Shown piece by piece: positions 1-12,320 of a stretch of DNA of 64,000 bases. Position numbers and translations under genes: made by a program. The notes beneath the pieces were generated by a model. That model was not told where the DNA came from. It did no database searches and saw only the letters and a list, made by a program, of their open reading frames with translations. How positions within the stretch are numbered: the first letter of the stretch is position 1; each line of letters opens with the position of its first letter. Where the stretch lies: contig JBOGGU010000139.1 of assembly GCA_050744085.1 (NCBI GenBank), positions 34,809 through 98,808 on the forward strand, in the 5' to 3' direction. Source of the stretch: Acidimicrobiales bacterium. GTDB lineage: Bacteria; Actinomycetota; Acidimicrobiia; Acidimicrobiales; JAJPHD01.

Positions 1-2069
<2,069 letters not shown>

Positions 2070-2075
2070 GGCGGC

Positions 2076-3464
2076 CTATCCGATGGCGGCGCCGGGGCCC
2101 AGCAGCCGGCGGGTCTCGGCCTCCAGCTTCTCGGGGGTGACGGCACCGACCGCTGTCACTGTCCCATCCAGGTCCACGAACACGTTGGTCGGCACGCCCC
2201 GGATGCCCAGGAGGGCCGCGTAGTCACCGGTCTCGTCGACCAGGACCGGCCCGCTGACCCCCCAGATCTGGCAGAACTGCTCCGCTTCGGTGTGGGCGCC
2301 CACGCCCTCCCACAGATTGACGAGGATTATCTCCAGGCCCGACCGGGCCGTGCGGCGCCTCAGATCCTCGAGAACCGGCGCCTCGGCGTTGCACGGGCCT
2401 CACCAGCTGGCAAAGAAGTTGACGATGTACTTGCGCTCGGCCCACTCCACGCTGTGGCGCAGCTGGCCCGAGTGCAGGTCCGGCAATGAGAACGGCGGCA
2501 GCCTCGTGCCCACCAGCGGGTCAGTGCCGTCGTGGTTGACCGTGCCGGCAGGGCCGACGAGCAGGTCGTCGACCACGGTGAGCGACCCGCTTCCTGCGTT
2601 GGCCACGAGCAGTCGCCGGTCATCGAACGGGTGGACACTCACCCCTCCAGGCGCCCAACCCACGTCGATCCGGGACCACTCGGCCCCGTCCATCCCGACC
2701 ACGCTCAGTGTCCCGTTGCCCCGGTTGCTCACGTAGATCCGGTCTCCCAGGGGGCTGGCCGCCATGCCGACCGGGGCGCTGGCCACTGCCATCTCGCCGA
2801 CCACATCGCCGCTCGGGATGTCGATGCGGGCCACCGTGCTGGCCAGGGAGTTGACCACGTAGACCTCGTCGAGCTGCGGGTTCACCGCGGCCGCGCAGGG
2901 ACCGTTGCCCACTGTGATCCGCCCGATGGGTTCGTTGGCCTCGGTGTCCACGACGGTCACCGAGCCGGTCAGGAAGTTGACGCAGTAGGCCCGTTGGTGG
3001 CGCGGGGACACCGCCACCGCGCCCGCCCCCAGCTCAGCGGGGACTGTGGCCACCACCTCGAGCGTGTCGATGTCGATGACGGTCATGCTCGAGCCCATCG
3101 TGTTCCCGCAGTAGAGGCGCCGGCCCTTCTCGTCGAAGCCCAGCCCGGCTGGGTAGGACCCGACCGCGATCTGGCCTACCACCTCGTCGGTAGTCGTGTC
3201 GATGACCGACACCTGATCGGAGCGAGCGTCGGCGGTGAACACCCGCCCCCCGATCTCGTCCATGACGATGTCGATGGGCTCGGTGCCCACGGGGATGCTC
3301 CCAAGCAGATGCATGGCGTCCAAGTCGACGACGGCGACGGCGTTGGAGCGCGAGCAGGCAACATAGGCCTGCCGGCGGGGTCCGCCGACGACCACTCCCT
3401 CCGGGTCGAGCCCCACCTTGACCTCCCCGACGAGGTGGTGATCCTGAGCCGGCTGGGCGGTCAT
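2076..3464 (-). CDS. YVTN-type beta-propeller repeat protein fused to a TlpA/redoxin thioredoxin-fold domain, with an in-frame TGA at 2400-2402 in place of the first Cys of WCxPC (selenocysteine candidate, or a nonsense pseudogene)
   Basis: The track ORFs 2400..3464 and 2076..2303 share one frame (2400-2076=324). Translation across the junction reads KYIVNFFASW-TGA-GPCNAEAPVLEDL...PVLVDETGDYAALLGIRGVPTNVFVDLDG, a complete redoxin motif set. The N-terminal ~320 aa carry repeated V..D.....V...I.VG..P propeller-like units. Confidence 0.6.
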
Positions 3465-3629
3465 GTTGCGATGGTCCCGTCAGGCCCTACGTGCATTCGT
3501 CACTCCCTTTTAGCGTCTCGGTGGTCCTCGATGGTTGGTTCAGGTCAGCCGGCCCGCCCGGCGGGAAACCCGCAGAGACCCTACCCAAGGGGGCATGTGC
3601 AAGGTGCAGCGGCCAGCCGGCCTGGGCGC

Positions 3630-3684
3630 GGGGGCTCAGCGGGGGCTCAGCGGGGGCTCAGGCGGCGCTCAGCCGGCGCTCAGG
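3630..3684. repeat. 11-nt tandem repeat, about 5 copies (gggggctcagc / cggcgctcagc)
   Basis: Read directly from the sequence. The units are contiguous and run from the intergenic space into the stop codon of the fructosamine kinase gene. Confidence 0.8.
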
Positions 3685-4567
3685 CGAAGCGGCGGGCTAT
3701 TGCCTCGGCCTGGGCGCCGTAGCCGCCGCCGAAAGCCACCGCGTGGACCAGCAGGGGGTACAGCTGGAACAGGCTTACCCGCTCCCTCCACCCGTCGGCC
3801 AAGGGCCCGTGCTCTGCGTAGGAGTCGAGGACGCGGCGTGGAAAGGGGCCGAACAGCGCAAGCATCGCCAGGTCCTCTTCCGGGTGGCCACCGTGCACCG
3901 ATGGGTCGATCAGCCACGCCCTGCCGTCGGCTCCCCATAAGACGTTCCCCCACCACAGGTCCCCGTGGACCAGGGAGGGCGAGCAGGGTGGTATCAGCTG
4001 GTCGAGGCGTTCGACCACCCGCTGGATGCTCGCGCCCAGGCCGCACCGGCCAGCCAGGTCCGCCAGGCGGCGGCCGTAGAAGGAGGCAGCGCTGGGGGCT
4101 TCGGCAGGGTCGACCTGGCAGGGCCCGATCCAGCCCGACCCACCGCCCCAGGTTGTCCAACCGGCGGCGTGCAGTGCGGCGAGTGACTCGCCGAGTTGCT
4201 CCTCGTGCGCGTGGGAGCGTCCAGCCTGGTCCACCCAGTCCTCCACCAGCAGGTCGCCTTCGGCCAGGGCCACCTCGGGCACCGGTGGCCACGCTGTCTG
4301 GCTGGCGGGGCTGGCGGGGCCGGTGGGGCTGGCGGGGCCGGTGGGGCCGCCAGGCCCGGCCTCGGCGCTGGCGGGGCCGCCAGGCCCGTGCGCCGCCCCA
4401 AGCTGGCGGAGGCCCGCTGCCTCGTCGGCCACGCCGGGCCCGGTCTTGACGACCAGCGCACGTCCGGCGATGCTCACCCGCCAAATGCTCCCACCGATGG
4501 AGCGCACCTGCTCGGGCTCGCCGAGGCTCTCAGCGAGCCTTTGCGGCCAGTTGCTCGACGAGCCCAT
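3680..4567 (-). CDS. Fructosamine/ketosamine-3-kinase family protein
   Basis: Carries HGDLWWGNV and LIDPSVHGGHPEEDLAM kinase motifs and the C-terminal YPLLVH. The start is set at the internal ATG (MGSSSNW), because the longer ORF would run deep into the upstream PTP gene. It contains a Gly/Pro/Ala-rich insert encoded by tandem repeats (about 4300-4390). Confidence 0.8.
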   Translation of the reverse strand: MGSSSNWPQRLAESLGEPEQVRSIGGSIWRVSIAGRALVVKTGPGVADEAAGLRQLGAAHGPGGPASAEAGPGGPTGPASPTGPASPASQTAWPPVPEVALAEGDLLVEDWVDQAGRSHAHEEQLGESLAALHAAGWTTWGGGSGWIGPCQVDPAEAPSAASFYGRRLADLAGRCGLGASIQRVVERLDQLIPPCSPSLVHGDLWWGNVLWGADGRAWLIDPSVHGGHPEEDLAMLALFGPFPRRVLDSYAEHGPLADGWRERVSLFQLYPLLVHAVAFGGGYGAQAEAIARRFA

Positions 4568-5009
4568 AGCAAGCCGCCTCGATGATCCCAAGCGTGTGGT
4601 CGAAGTCAGAGGCGTCGCCGCCCCACGGGTCGGGGACCTCGTTGCCATCGGGCGCGAGGGCGGGGTCGAATGACCTCAGCAGCCGTACCTTGGAACGCTC
4701 GCTGTCGCTGGTGACCAACCGGCCGACATCGGCCCAGTTCGAGCGGTCGGCGACCAGCACTAGGTCGGCGGCCTTCACGTCCGCGGCCGTGATCCGACGG
4801 GCGCGGTGGCCCTCGCAAGGCCACCCCCGCCGGCCCAGCGCAGCCAGCGCGCCGGGATCGATTGGCGCACCGACGTGGTAGCCGGCGGTGCCGAAGGACT
4901 CGACTTGAACTCGGTCAGACAGCCCGGCTCGGGCGACCAGCTCGGTGGCCACGGCAGCGGCCATCGGCGAGCGACAGATGTTCCCCAGGCAGACCATGGC
5001 AACCCTCAC
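4530..5009 (-). CDS. Low-molecular-weight protein-tyrosine phosphatase
   Basis: N-terminal CLGNICRSP P-loop (CX5R-S) and a DPWGG-type Asp loop (PDPWGG). 159 aa. Confidence 0.9.
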   Translation of the reverse strand: MRVAMVCLGNICRSPMAAAVATELVARAGLSDRVQVESFGTAGYHVGAPIDPGALAALGRRGWPCEGHRARRITAADVKAADLVLVADRSNWADVGRLVTSDSERSKVRLLRSFDPALAPDGNEVPDPWGGDASDFDHTLGIIEAACYGLVEQLAAKAR

Positions 5010-5101
5010 CGCGACAGTCTCTCACGCGCCCCCGCGCGCGCCCTCCCCGGCTATCTGTCCAGGAGGAATATGACCCTGTGTCGCCGCGCCCCCGCGCCCA
5101 C

Positions 5102-6073
5102 TCACCCGCCGTGCCCAGGTGAAGGTGGGGCGAGGTCGGCGAGCCGGCTCACCCAGGGAGGGGGCGGGCCGCAGCTGATCTGGGCGTTTCCCGGGACGCT
5201 CAGTGTCGTGTACTCGCTCACCTGCTTGGGCCGGTAGCCCGCCGGGTAGCTCACCGAGGCAGGCAGGCAGGCGAGGGTCTTGCCGGGCTGGGCTTGCACG
5301 ACCGTGACCGGTACCCAGACGAGCTCGTCGAGGGTGCAGCTCTGCTGGACGCAACCGCCGTACAGGCCGGGGTCCGCCCGGTTGAGGACCGGGACAGTCG
5401 TGAGCTTGAGGGTCATTGAGGTGATCGCGCCCTTCGGGGCCCCAGGCGCAGCATTGCGCAACATGTAGGACTCCTCGTTGCGGGTGAGCACCCCGAAGGG
5501 GACACGGGAGGTCGATCCCCCCGGGCAGCCGGCCTGCGCAGGGTCGCGGTTGGTCAGGGCCGCGAACCACGACGGTTGGTTGCCGGCTGGAATCGTGGCC
5601 TCGACCTGTGCGGTGGTTGCGTCCAGCACCACGAGCTTGTTCCCGCCGATGAGGACCGCCCATACCGGCTTCCACGGAGCGCCAGTCAAGGCGCTCGGGA
5701 CCTGGGTGATCCCGTGCTCGTAGCCGATGGACTGCATCAGCGCGGAGACCTCCGTCCACGAGGTGAGCTTGGCGAGCGCTCCGTTGGTCGACCCGCTGCC
5801 CACGGCCACCCTGACGGCCCTCTCGGCGCTGAGAACAGGCCGCGGGCTCGTCGGCAGTTGGACCACGCTCGGGGGTTTGACGCCGGCGTGGCCTGCGATC
5901 GCTACACCGTGAACAGTTGTCGCACACGAGCCCACCCCGCTGACTGCGCCCGGGTCCGCAGTCCTGACTGCGGGTGCTGGTCTGGTCGCCGAGGTGCCAC
6001 AGCCAGCCAGGCTGAGGCCAGCCAAGGCGGCGCTTGCCGCCACACGGGATCGGAGCGGCGCTGTTTGTCGCAT
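5102..6073 (-). CDS. Putative lipoprotein, unknown function
   Basis: MRQTAPLRSRVAASAALAGLSLAGCG is a signal peptide with an L-A-G-C lipobox. The start is taken at the second Met of the ORF. Confidence 0.55.
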   Translation of the reverse strand: MRQTAPLRSRVAASAALAGLSLAGCGTSATRPAPAVRTADPGAVSGVGSCATTVHGVAIAGHAGVKPPSVVQLPTSPRPVLSAERAVRVAVGSGSTNGALAKLTSWTEVSALMQSIGYEHGITQVPSALTGAPWKPVWAVLIGGNKLVVLDATTAQVEATIPAGNQPSWFAALTNRDPAQAGCPGGSTSRVPFGVLTRNEESYMLRNAAPGAPKGAITSMTLKLTTVPVLNRADPGLYGGCVQQSCTLDELVWVPVTVVQAQPGKTLACLPASVSYPAGYRPKQVSEYTTLSVPGNAQISCGPPPPWVSRLADLAPPSPGHGG

Positions 6074-6185
6074 GGTTTTACCGACGCTCGTGGGCGTCAC
6101 ACGGTTGCCTGACGAACCGATTCCCGGACCGAGTCGAGCCTGCCTGAGCCTCCCGCCGGCGCTCGGCCAGTAGGCTGACAGCCTC

Positions 6186-7712
6186 GTGTGCGGGATAGCG
6201 GTCCAGTGGAACGACGTGGACCGGGTGGCCGGGGCCCGGATGCTGGAGCGCCTCGCCCATCGGGGTCCCGACGACGCCGGGGAGATGCAGATCGGTGCAG
6301 CGTGGCTGGGTCACACCCGCCTGTCGATCGTGGATGTGCCCGGTGGCCACCAACCCCTGCTCACGACCGACGGCACGGCGGCGATCGCGGTCAACGGCGA
6401 GATCTACAACCACTCGGCCCTGCGCAGCGCGCTCGGGCCGGTCGATTGGCAGACAGAGTCCGACAGCGAGGTGGCCCTCGAGGTCCTGGTGGCAGACGGG
6501 CCAGATGGCCTGCACCGACTTCGGGGCATGTTCGCGCTGGCTTTCACCGACGGAGACAGCCTCCTGCTGGCCCGGGACCCGGTCGGGATCAAGCCCCTGT
6601 ACTGGGCTCGTAGCCACGGGAGGGTCGTGGCGGCCTCGGAGCTCAAAGCCTTTGACGTGGCCCTTCGCCCCCACGTCCAGGCTTTCCCCCCGGGTCACTG
6701 CTGGTCTCCCGAGCGGGGCCTGCGGCGGTTCGCCTCCGCGGTTCCAGGCGAGCTGAGGGTCGCCGCAGTCGACGCCCCAGTCGAGCCCGCCGTCGAGGCG
6801 GCCGAGACAGCCGAGACGCATGAGGAGATGGTGCGTGACGCCCTGGTGCGTGCAGTGGAGCGCCGGATGATGGGTGACGTCCCGGTCGGTTGCTTCCTGT
6901 CGGGTGGGCTCGACTCGAGCATTGTCACTGCGATAGCCGCTGGTTGGATGCGCCGACACGGCCTGCGCCTGCAGACCTTTGCCGTTGGAACCGCGGGCTC
7001 GCCCGACCTCGCCGCGGCCCGCGTCGTGGCTGATGCCCTCGACACAGACCACCACGAAGCCGTGTGCACCGCAGCTGAGGTTCGTGCCGTCATCCCGGAG
7101 GCGGTTCGTGCCATCGAGCACTTCGACGCCTCGCTGGTCCGCAGCGCGGTCGCCAACTACCTCGTGGCCCGCCTCGCCGCCGCTCACGTCAAGGTGGTCC
7201 TCACTGGGGAAGGGGCCGACGAGCTCTTCGGCGGCTACGAGTACCTGCGCGGCGAGGGCCTCGACGATCCGAGCGCCTTCCACGCCGAGCTTGTCCGCTC
7301 GGTCGACGAGCTGCACGGGCTCAACCTGCAGCGCTGCGATCGCGTCACCATGGCCCATGGGCTCGAGGCGCGTGTGCCCTTCCTGGACCTCGAGGTCATC
7401 GAGGTCGTCCTGTCTGTCCCGGCCGGAGTGAAGGTGCCCACGCCCGACCGCATGGAGAAGGACCTGCTGCGCCGGGCATTTCGCGGATGGGTTCCTGAGG
7501 AGATCCTGTGGCGGACCAAGGCGCAGTTCGGCGACGGGTCGGGTGTGGCGGGGGCTCACTCGCTGCCGACGGGGCGCGAGGCCCCCTCGGGGGGCCCAGG
7601 CCTCGGGCCCCGGTTGCGCACCGCCGAGGAGCTCTACTACTACGAGATCTGGTCCGAGGCGCTCTCGCCGATCCGGCCAGAGGCCACCTTGTCGCGCTTC
7701 GTCACCGCCTGA
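6186..7712 (+). CDS. asnB: Asparagine synthase (glutamine-hydrolysing)
   Basis: N-terminal M-C-G-I (Cys2 nucleophile of class-II amidotransferases) and a SGGLDSS PP-loop. 508 aa. Confidence 0.85.
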   Translation: MCGIAVQWNDVDRVAGARMLERLAHRGPDDAGEMQIGAAWLGHTRLSIVDVPGGHQPLLTTDGTAAIAVNGEIYNHSALRSALGPVDWQTESDSEVALEVLVADGPDGLHRLRGMFALAFTDGDSLLLARDPVGIKPLYWARSHGRVVAASELKAFDVALRPHVQAFPPGHCWSPERGLRRFASAVPGELRVAAVDAPVEPAVEAAETAETHEEMVRDALVRAVERRMMGDVPVGCFLSGGLDSSIVTAIAAGWMRRHGLRLQTFAVGTAGSPDLAAARVVADALDTDHHEAVCTAAEVRAVIPEAVRAIEHFDASLVRSAVANYLVARLAAAHVKVVLTGEGADELFGGYEYLRGEGLDDPSAFHAELVRSVDELHGLNLQRCDRVTMAHGLEARVPFLDLEVIEVVLSVPAGVKVPTPDRMEKDLLRRAFRGWVPEEILWRTKAQFGDGSGVAGAHSLPTGREAPSGGPGLGPRLRTAEELYYYEIWSEALSPIRPEATLSRFVTA

Positions 7713-7731
7713 GGAGGCCGCGCATCGGCGG

Positions 7732-8037
7732 CTAGTCCCGCTTGAGCGAGATGGCCAGATCGGGCTTGAACAGGGACACAACGTAGCGTGGCCAGAGTAT
7801 GCCTCCAGTGCAGCGGAAGTTGACGATATCCCCCTCGGCCGCGTCGAAGGAGTGGTCTCGGCTCGAGTATCGGCCAACCCGTATCCGCAGGGTGTGGTGT
7901 CCCGGTTCCAGCGGCGTCTCGACTGTGTCATGGTTTTGGAGCGAACCGACGGCCTTGCCGTCGAGAAGGATCTCGAAGGTGCCGCGTCGGAGCTCAAGGG
8001 CGACACCTTCCCTGGTCAGCCGGAGCGTTGTCGACAT
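7732..8037 (-). CDS. Small hypothetical protein (101 aa), last gene of the ABC-2 operon
   Basis: The ATG at 8037 is preceded by gaaaggagagcagc (an AAGGAG RBS). I recognise no family. Confidence 0.45.
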   Translation of the reverse strand: MSTTLRLTREGVALELRRGTFEILLDGKAVGSLQNHDTVETPLEPGHHTLRIRVGRYSSRDHSFDAAEGDIVNFRCTGGILWPRYVVSLFKPDLAISLKRD

Positions 8038-8090
8038 GCTGCTCTCCTTTCGATCGGGTCTGTGGGGATGGTCCGTGCGTTCATCGGGCC

Positions 8091-8809
8091 TCATTGGCTG
8101 TTGGTGATGAGTCGTTCCCGGTCAAAGCTGGCCGAGGTGATTCGCCATCCGAGGCGGTCGAGGACGAGGAGCGCCGCCCCGAATCCGATGGCGATGCTGA
8201 GGCTGGCGGGGATGACTTTGTAGGCGATGAGGGAGGTCACGGCGACGATGGGCAGGCTGGCGAGGGTGCTTAGTTGCTGAGCCGTGCGGACGTCGTTGGT
8301 CTTGGCCGAGATGCCGATGCCCACCCAGATCGACCAGGCTGCCAGTAGCGGCGTGAACAATATTTGGGCGAGCAGCTCGGGTCCGCGAATGATCGCCGCG
8401 GGGATGCCCGGGCGGGCGAAGAGCTCGACGACGGCGACGAAGAGGGCGAACACGACGTATGAGACGGCCACGGATGGGACGAACGCGGCCAGGGCTTTTC
8501 CCAACAGGAACTCTTCGCGTCGGGTCGGTGTGGTGAGCACCGGCTCCAGGGTCCCTTGCCGACGCTCGCCGACCACGGAGTAGGAGGCGAGGGTTGCGGG
8601 CACCAGGGCCGGTACGGCGAGGAGGTACAGGAGGAGGTCGGCATGGACGAGGAGCCCCGATGCGGAGTGGGGGCTCACCAGGATGACGATGAGTGGTTGG
8701 ATGATGAACACCACTGGGATGATCGCCATGGCTGCGATGATCGCCCCGTTGCGCCGGTATTCGTGCAGCTCTTTGACGAGGATGGCCTTGACACGCCGCA
8801 TGCTGAGTT

Positions 8810-8813
<4 letters not shown>
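8091..8813 (-). CDS. ABC-2 type transporter permease
   Basis: 240 aa with about 6 hydrophobic spans. Its start overlaps the stop of the upstream ATPase gene (8810-8813). Confidence 0.75.
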
Positions 8814-9829
<1,016 letters not shown>

Positions 9830-9839
9830 GACACGACAG

Positions 9840-10124
9840 TCACTGCCGCGCCTGGCAGTGTCGGGGTTCCGTCTCGTCGATTTGACCAGGCTCGTCGTCG
9901 CTTTCCTGAGACTGTCCGCCGTGTCGGCCCTGACCGGGTGGCCGGCCTCGCCGGGGAAGGCTGCCAGCGTTTTTGGGCATCCGGCCGGCGTCTTTGAGGG
10001 CGCGCCGCAGCAGTAGCTCCACTTGGGCGTTGAGGCTGCGGAGCTCGTCGGACGCCCAGCGGGCGAGCGCGTCGTGTACCGCCGGGTCGAAGCGGAGCAG
10101 GACCGGCTTGCGGTCCCGGTTCAC
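9840..10124 (-). CDS. Arc/MetJ-type ribbon-helix-helix protein
   Basis: PVLLRFDPAVHDALARWASDELRSLNAQVELLLRRAL is a typical RHH beta-alpha-alpha pattern. It is coupled to the SPFH gene by a 4-nt overlap (10121-10124). Confidence 0.55.
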   Translation of the reverse strand: MNRDRKPVLLRFDPAVHDALARWASDELRSLNAQVELLLRRALKDAGRMPKNAGSLPRRGRPPGQGRHGGQSQESDDEPGQIDETEPRHCQARQ

Positions 10125-11035
10125 GAATAGAGGGTTCCGGCATTGACGACGGGCGAGGGCGGCTGGTCACTGCAGAGCACCACCATCAAGTTGCTGACCA
10201 TGGAGGCGGTGCGCTCCTCGTCGAGATCGACCACCCCCTGCTCGGTGAGCCGGCTGAGAGCCATCTCCACCATGCCGACCGCGCCCTCGACGATCCGGGA
10301 CCGGGCCGCGACCACCGCGTTGGCCTGCTGGCGGCGCAACATCGCTTGGGCGATCTCGGCCGCATAGGCGAGGTGGCTGATCCGCACCTCTACGACCTCG
10401 ATCCCAGCGATCGAAACCCGCTGTGCGACCTCGGTGGCCAGCTGGGCGGCGACCTCGTCAGTAGAGCTGCGAAGCGACGTGCCGCCGCCCTGGGTGTCGT
10501 CATAGGGATGGGCGGTGGCCACATGGCGCAGCGCCGACTCGGACTGCATGGAGACGAAGTCGGGGTAGTCGTCCACCGCGTACGTGGCCTTGGCGGTGTC
10601 GGCCACCTGCCACACGATGATGGCGGCAATCTCGACCGGGTTCCCGTCGGCATCGTTCACCTTCAGGCGGTTGGTCTCGAAATTGCGCACCCGGACGCTC
10701 ACCGGCCGCCGAACCGCGAGCGGCAATACCCACCGGAGCCCAGATCGGCGGACAGTGCCGACGTACGAGCCGAAGAACTGCACCACCCGGGTCTGCCCTG
10801 GCGGGACGATCACGAGCCCACTCAACGCCAAGAAGAACACCACGATAGGCAGCACCGTCCAACCGCCCGCCTGGCTCGTTCCCGCGACCACCGCTCCGGC
10901 GATGCACCCCGCCAGCACGGCCACCCCGAACCAGCCGCTCGTCATCGCCGCCGGACGCTCGCGGACCGCCACCCGGGCTCCTCCATGCCCAACCGGCGCG
11001 GCTGGCGCTACGGCGGGCGTATCCTGTTCGCTCAT
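10121..11035 (-). CDS. SPFH/band-7 (stomatin-prohibitin-like) membrane protein
   Basis: N-terminal transmembrane segments are followed by an SPFH core ([29 protein letters not shown]) and an Ala/Gln-rich coiled C-terminus. Confidence 0.85.
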   Translation of the reverse strand: MSEQDTPAVAPAAPVGHGGARVAVRERPAAMTSGWFGVAVLAGCIAGAVVAGTSQAGGWTVLPIVVFFLALSGLVIVPPGQTRVVQFFGSYVGTVRRSGLRWVLPLAVRRPVSVRVRNFETNRLKVNDADGNPVEIAAIIVWQVADTAKATYAVDDYPDFVSMQSESALRHVATAHPYDDTQGGGTSLRSSTDEVAAQLATEVAQRVSIAGIEVVEVRISHLAYAAEIAQAMLRRQQANAVVAARSRIVEGAVGMVEMALSRLTEQGVVDLDEERTASMVSNLMVVLCSDQPPSPVVNAGTLYS

Positions 11036-11437
11036 CGTGGCTCCAGCCTAGTCATTAGTGCTATCAAGACGATATCACTTTACACGATCACGTGCCGACT
11101 CCCCGCCTCGGATCGTCCCGGGCCAGACCCGAACGCCTGGTCCCCACCCCAGGGAGCCCAGGGGAGCACCTCGGCAAGGGTCGCAGCCAGGGGCGCAAGG
11201 TGGGCCGGTGGTGGGAGTCCACGACCCTAACGATTACAAGTACACGAGATGACGTGGCACACCCTGTCTACTTGTCGCACGATGTCCCGTTGTGGCTGGT
11301 CAGAGCCAGTGTTGCGGCGCTCGGGCGAAACCGGCCGGGACGGCGTGAGACGCGATGGGACCCAGTTGTTGGGTCACTGTTGGGATGAAGCGGAAGCGGG
11401 TCGACCTTTCCCGACCGATGTGGCGGATTGTTACGGA

Positions 11438-11848
11438 TCACCGGCCCAGCTCCTCGAGGAACTCACGTGGAGAGCGGATGCGGACGGGCGGGTGGTCCAG
11501 GTCTCGAAGATCCGAGTCACCGCTGACCAGCACGTCAGCTCCGGCGCTCGAGGCGAGGGCCACCAGGTAGTCGTCGGTGGGATCGCGGGTTACAGCGATA
11601 ACCTCCGGGTCGGGAACCTCGTCAGCGACCCCGCGGAGCGCCTCGACAACGTCCTGGACCTCTGCGAGCGTGACGTAGCGGCGAAACCTGGGTCGGTTCA
11701 ACACCGTCCGAAGCTCATCAAGGAGGTGCGGGCAGGCGATCAAGGCGAAGCGCCCAGCGAGGGCACCTTGAACTATCCGACCTGTCGTGCCCCCCGGGGT
11801 GATGACACCCGACACCAACACGTTGGGATCGATGACGACACGGGTCAC
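11438..11848 (-). CDS. PIN-domain toxin (TIGR00305-like toxin-antitoxin component)
   Basis: VVIDPNVLVSGV at the N-terminus and LVSGDSDL near the C-terminus. A GTG start at 11848 lies 11 nt after the antitoxin stop. Confidence 0.75.
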   Translation of the reverse strand: MTRVVIDPNVLVSGVITPGGTTGRIVQGALAGRFALIACPHLLDELRTVLNRPRFRRYVTLAEVQDVVEALRGVADEVPDPEVIAVTRDPTDDYLVALASSAGADVLVSGDSDLRDLDHPPVRIRSPREFLEELGR

Positions 11849-11858
11849 CGAGTCGATG

Positions 11859-12116
11859 TCAGGCGCTATGGGCCTGCTTGCGCTCCTCACGCATCGCGCG
11901 AAGCTCGGATGTGGCCAGGACCATGGCCTCCTTGTCACTCAGCGGCGTCTCTTGGCGTGCGGCGACCCTGTCCAGCACAGCAAGCCCGCGCAGGCCAAAG
12001 TACCGTCGGAGAGCATCGATGAGGACCTGGCTCTCCGAGACACCCTCATCGACCGCGAGCTTGCGCACTACAGCCAACATCCGGTCATCCAGCTCGACGG
12101 TCAAGACTTCGCTCAC
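11859..12116 (-). CDS. CopG/RHH-type antitoxin
   Basis: 85 aa. LTVELDDRMLAVVRKLAVDEGVSESQVLIDALRRYF is an RHH pattern. It sits immediately upstream of the PIN gene. Confidence 0.7.
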   Translation of the reverse strand: MSEVLTVELDDRMLAVVRKLAVDEGVSESQVLIDALRRYFGLRGLAVLDRVAARQETPLSDKEAMVLATSELRAMREERKQAHSA

Positions 12117-12232
12117 GCTCCAAGCGTACGGGATCGTGAGCCCTGATGGCGCGTGCGAGACGATCGATCACCAGGGATCATCCTCCCCCGATCTATCCGC
12201 GGCAACGGGGGAGGAGGACCTGGCTGTGGCTG

Positions 12233-12275
12233 GCTGGCAGGTGGGTGGACTCGAACCCGGCGACCTGATATGATT
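12233..12275 (-). other. tRNA 3'-end-like fragment (T-loop box GGTTCGAGTCC ... CCA), not a foldable tRNA
   Basis: The minus strand reads GGTCGCCGGGTTCGAGTCCACCCACCTGCCA. The T-stem halves do not pair (CCGGG vs CCACC), and I could not build a cloverleaf from the upstream sequence. Confidence 0.25.
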
Positions 12276-12320
12276 CGGTGGCCGGTTCGTGGACGCGGAC
12301 ACGGTGACGAAGGCCGCCGG

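Noticed and set aside
3535-4484. Long Arg/Pro/Gly-rich ORFs (3535..4449 plus strand, 3669..4484 minus strand) overlapping the fructosamine kinase gene
   Set aside because: They are alternative-frame or antisense readings of a gene with clear kinase motifs, and their composition is implausible for real proteins.
6078-8006. 642-aa minus-strand ORF covering asnB and the following gene
   Set aside because: It is antisense to a well-supported asnB (Cys2 nucleophile, SGGLDSS). Its composition is Arg/Gly/Pro-rich with no motifs. This is a typical shadow ORF in GC-rich DNA.
12233-12275. A functional tRNA gene
   Set aside because: Only a T-loop box and a CCA-like end are present. The T-stem halves do not pair, and no acceptor, D or anticodon arms could be built from the flanking sequence.
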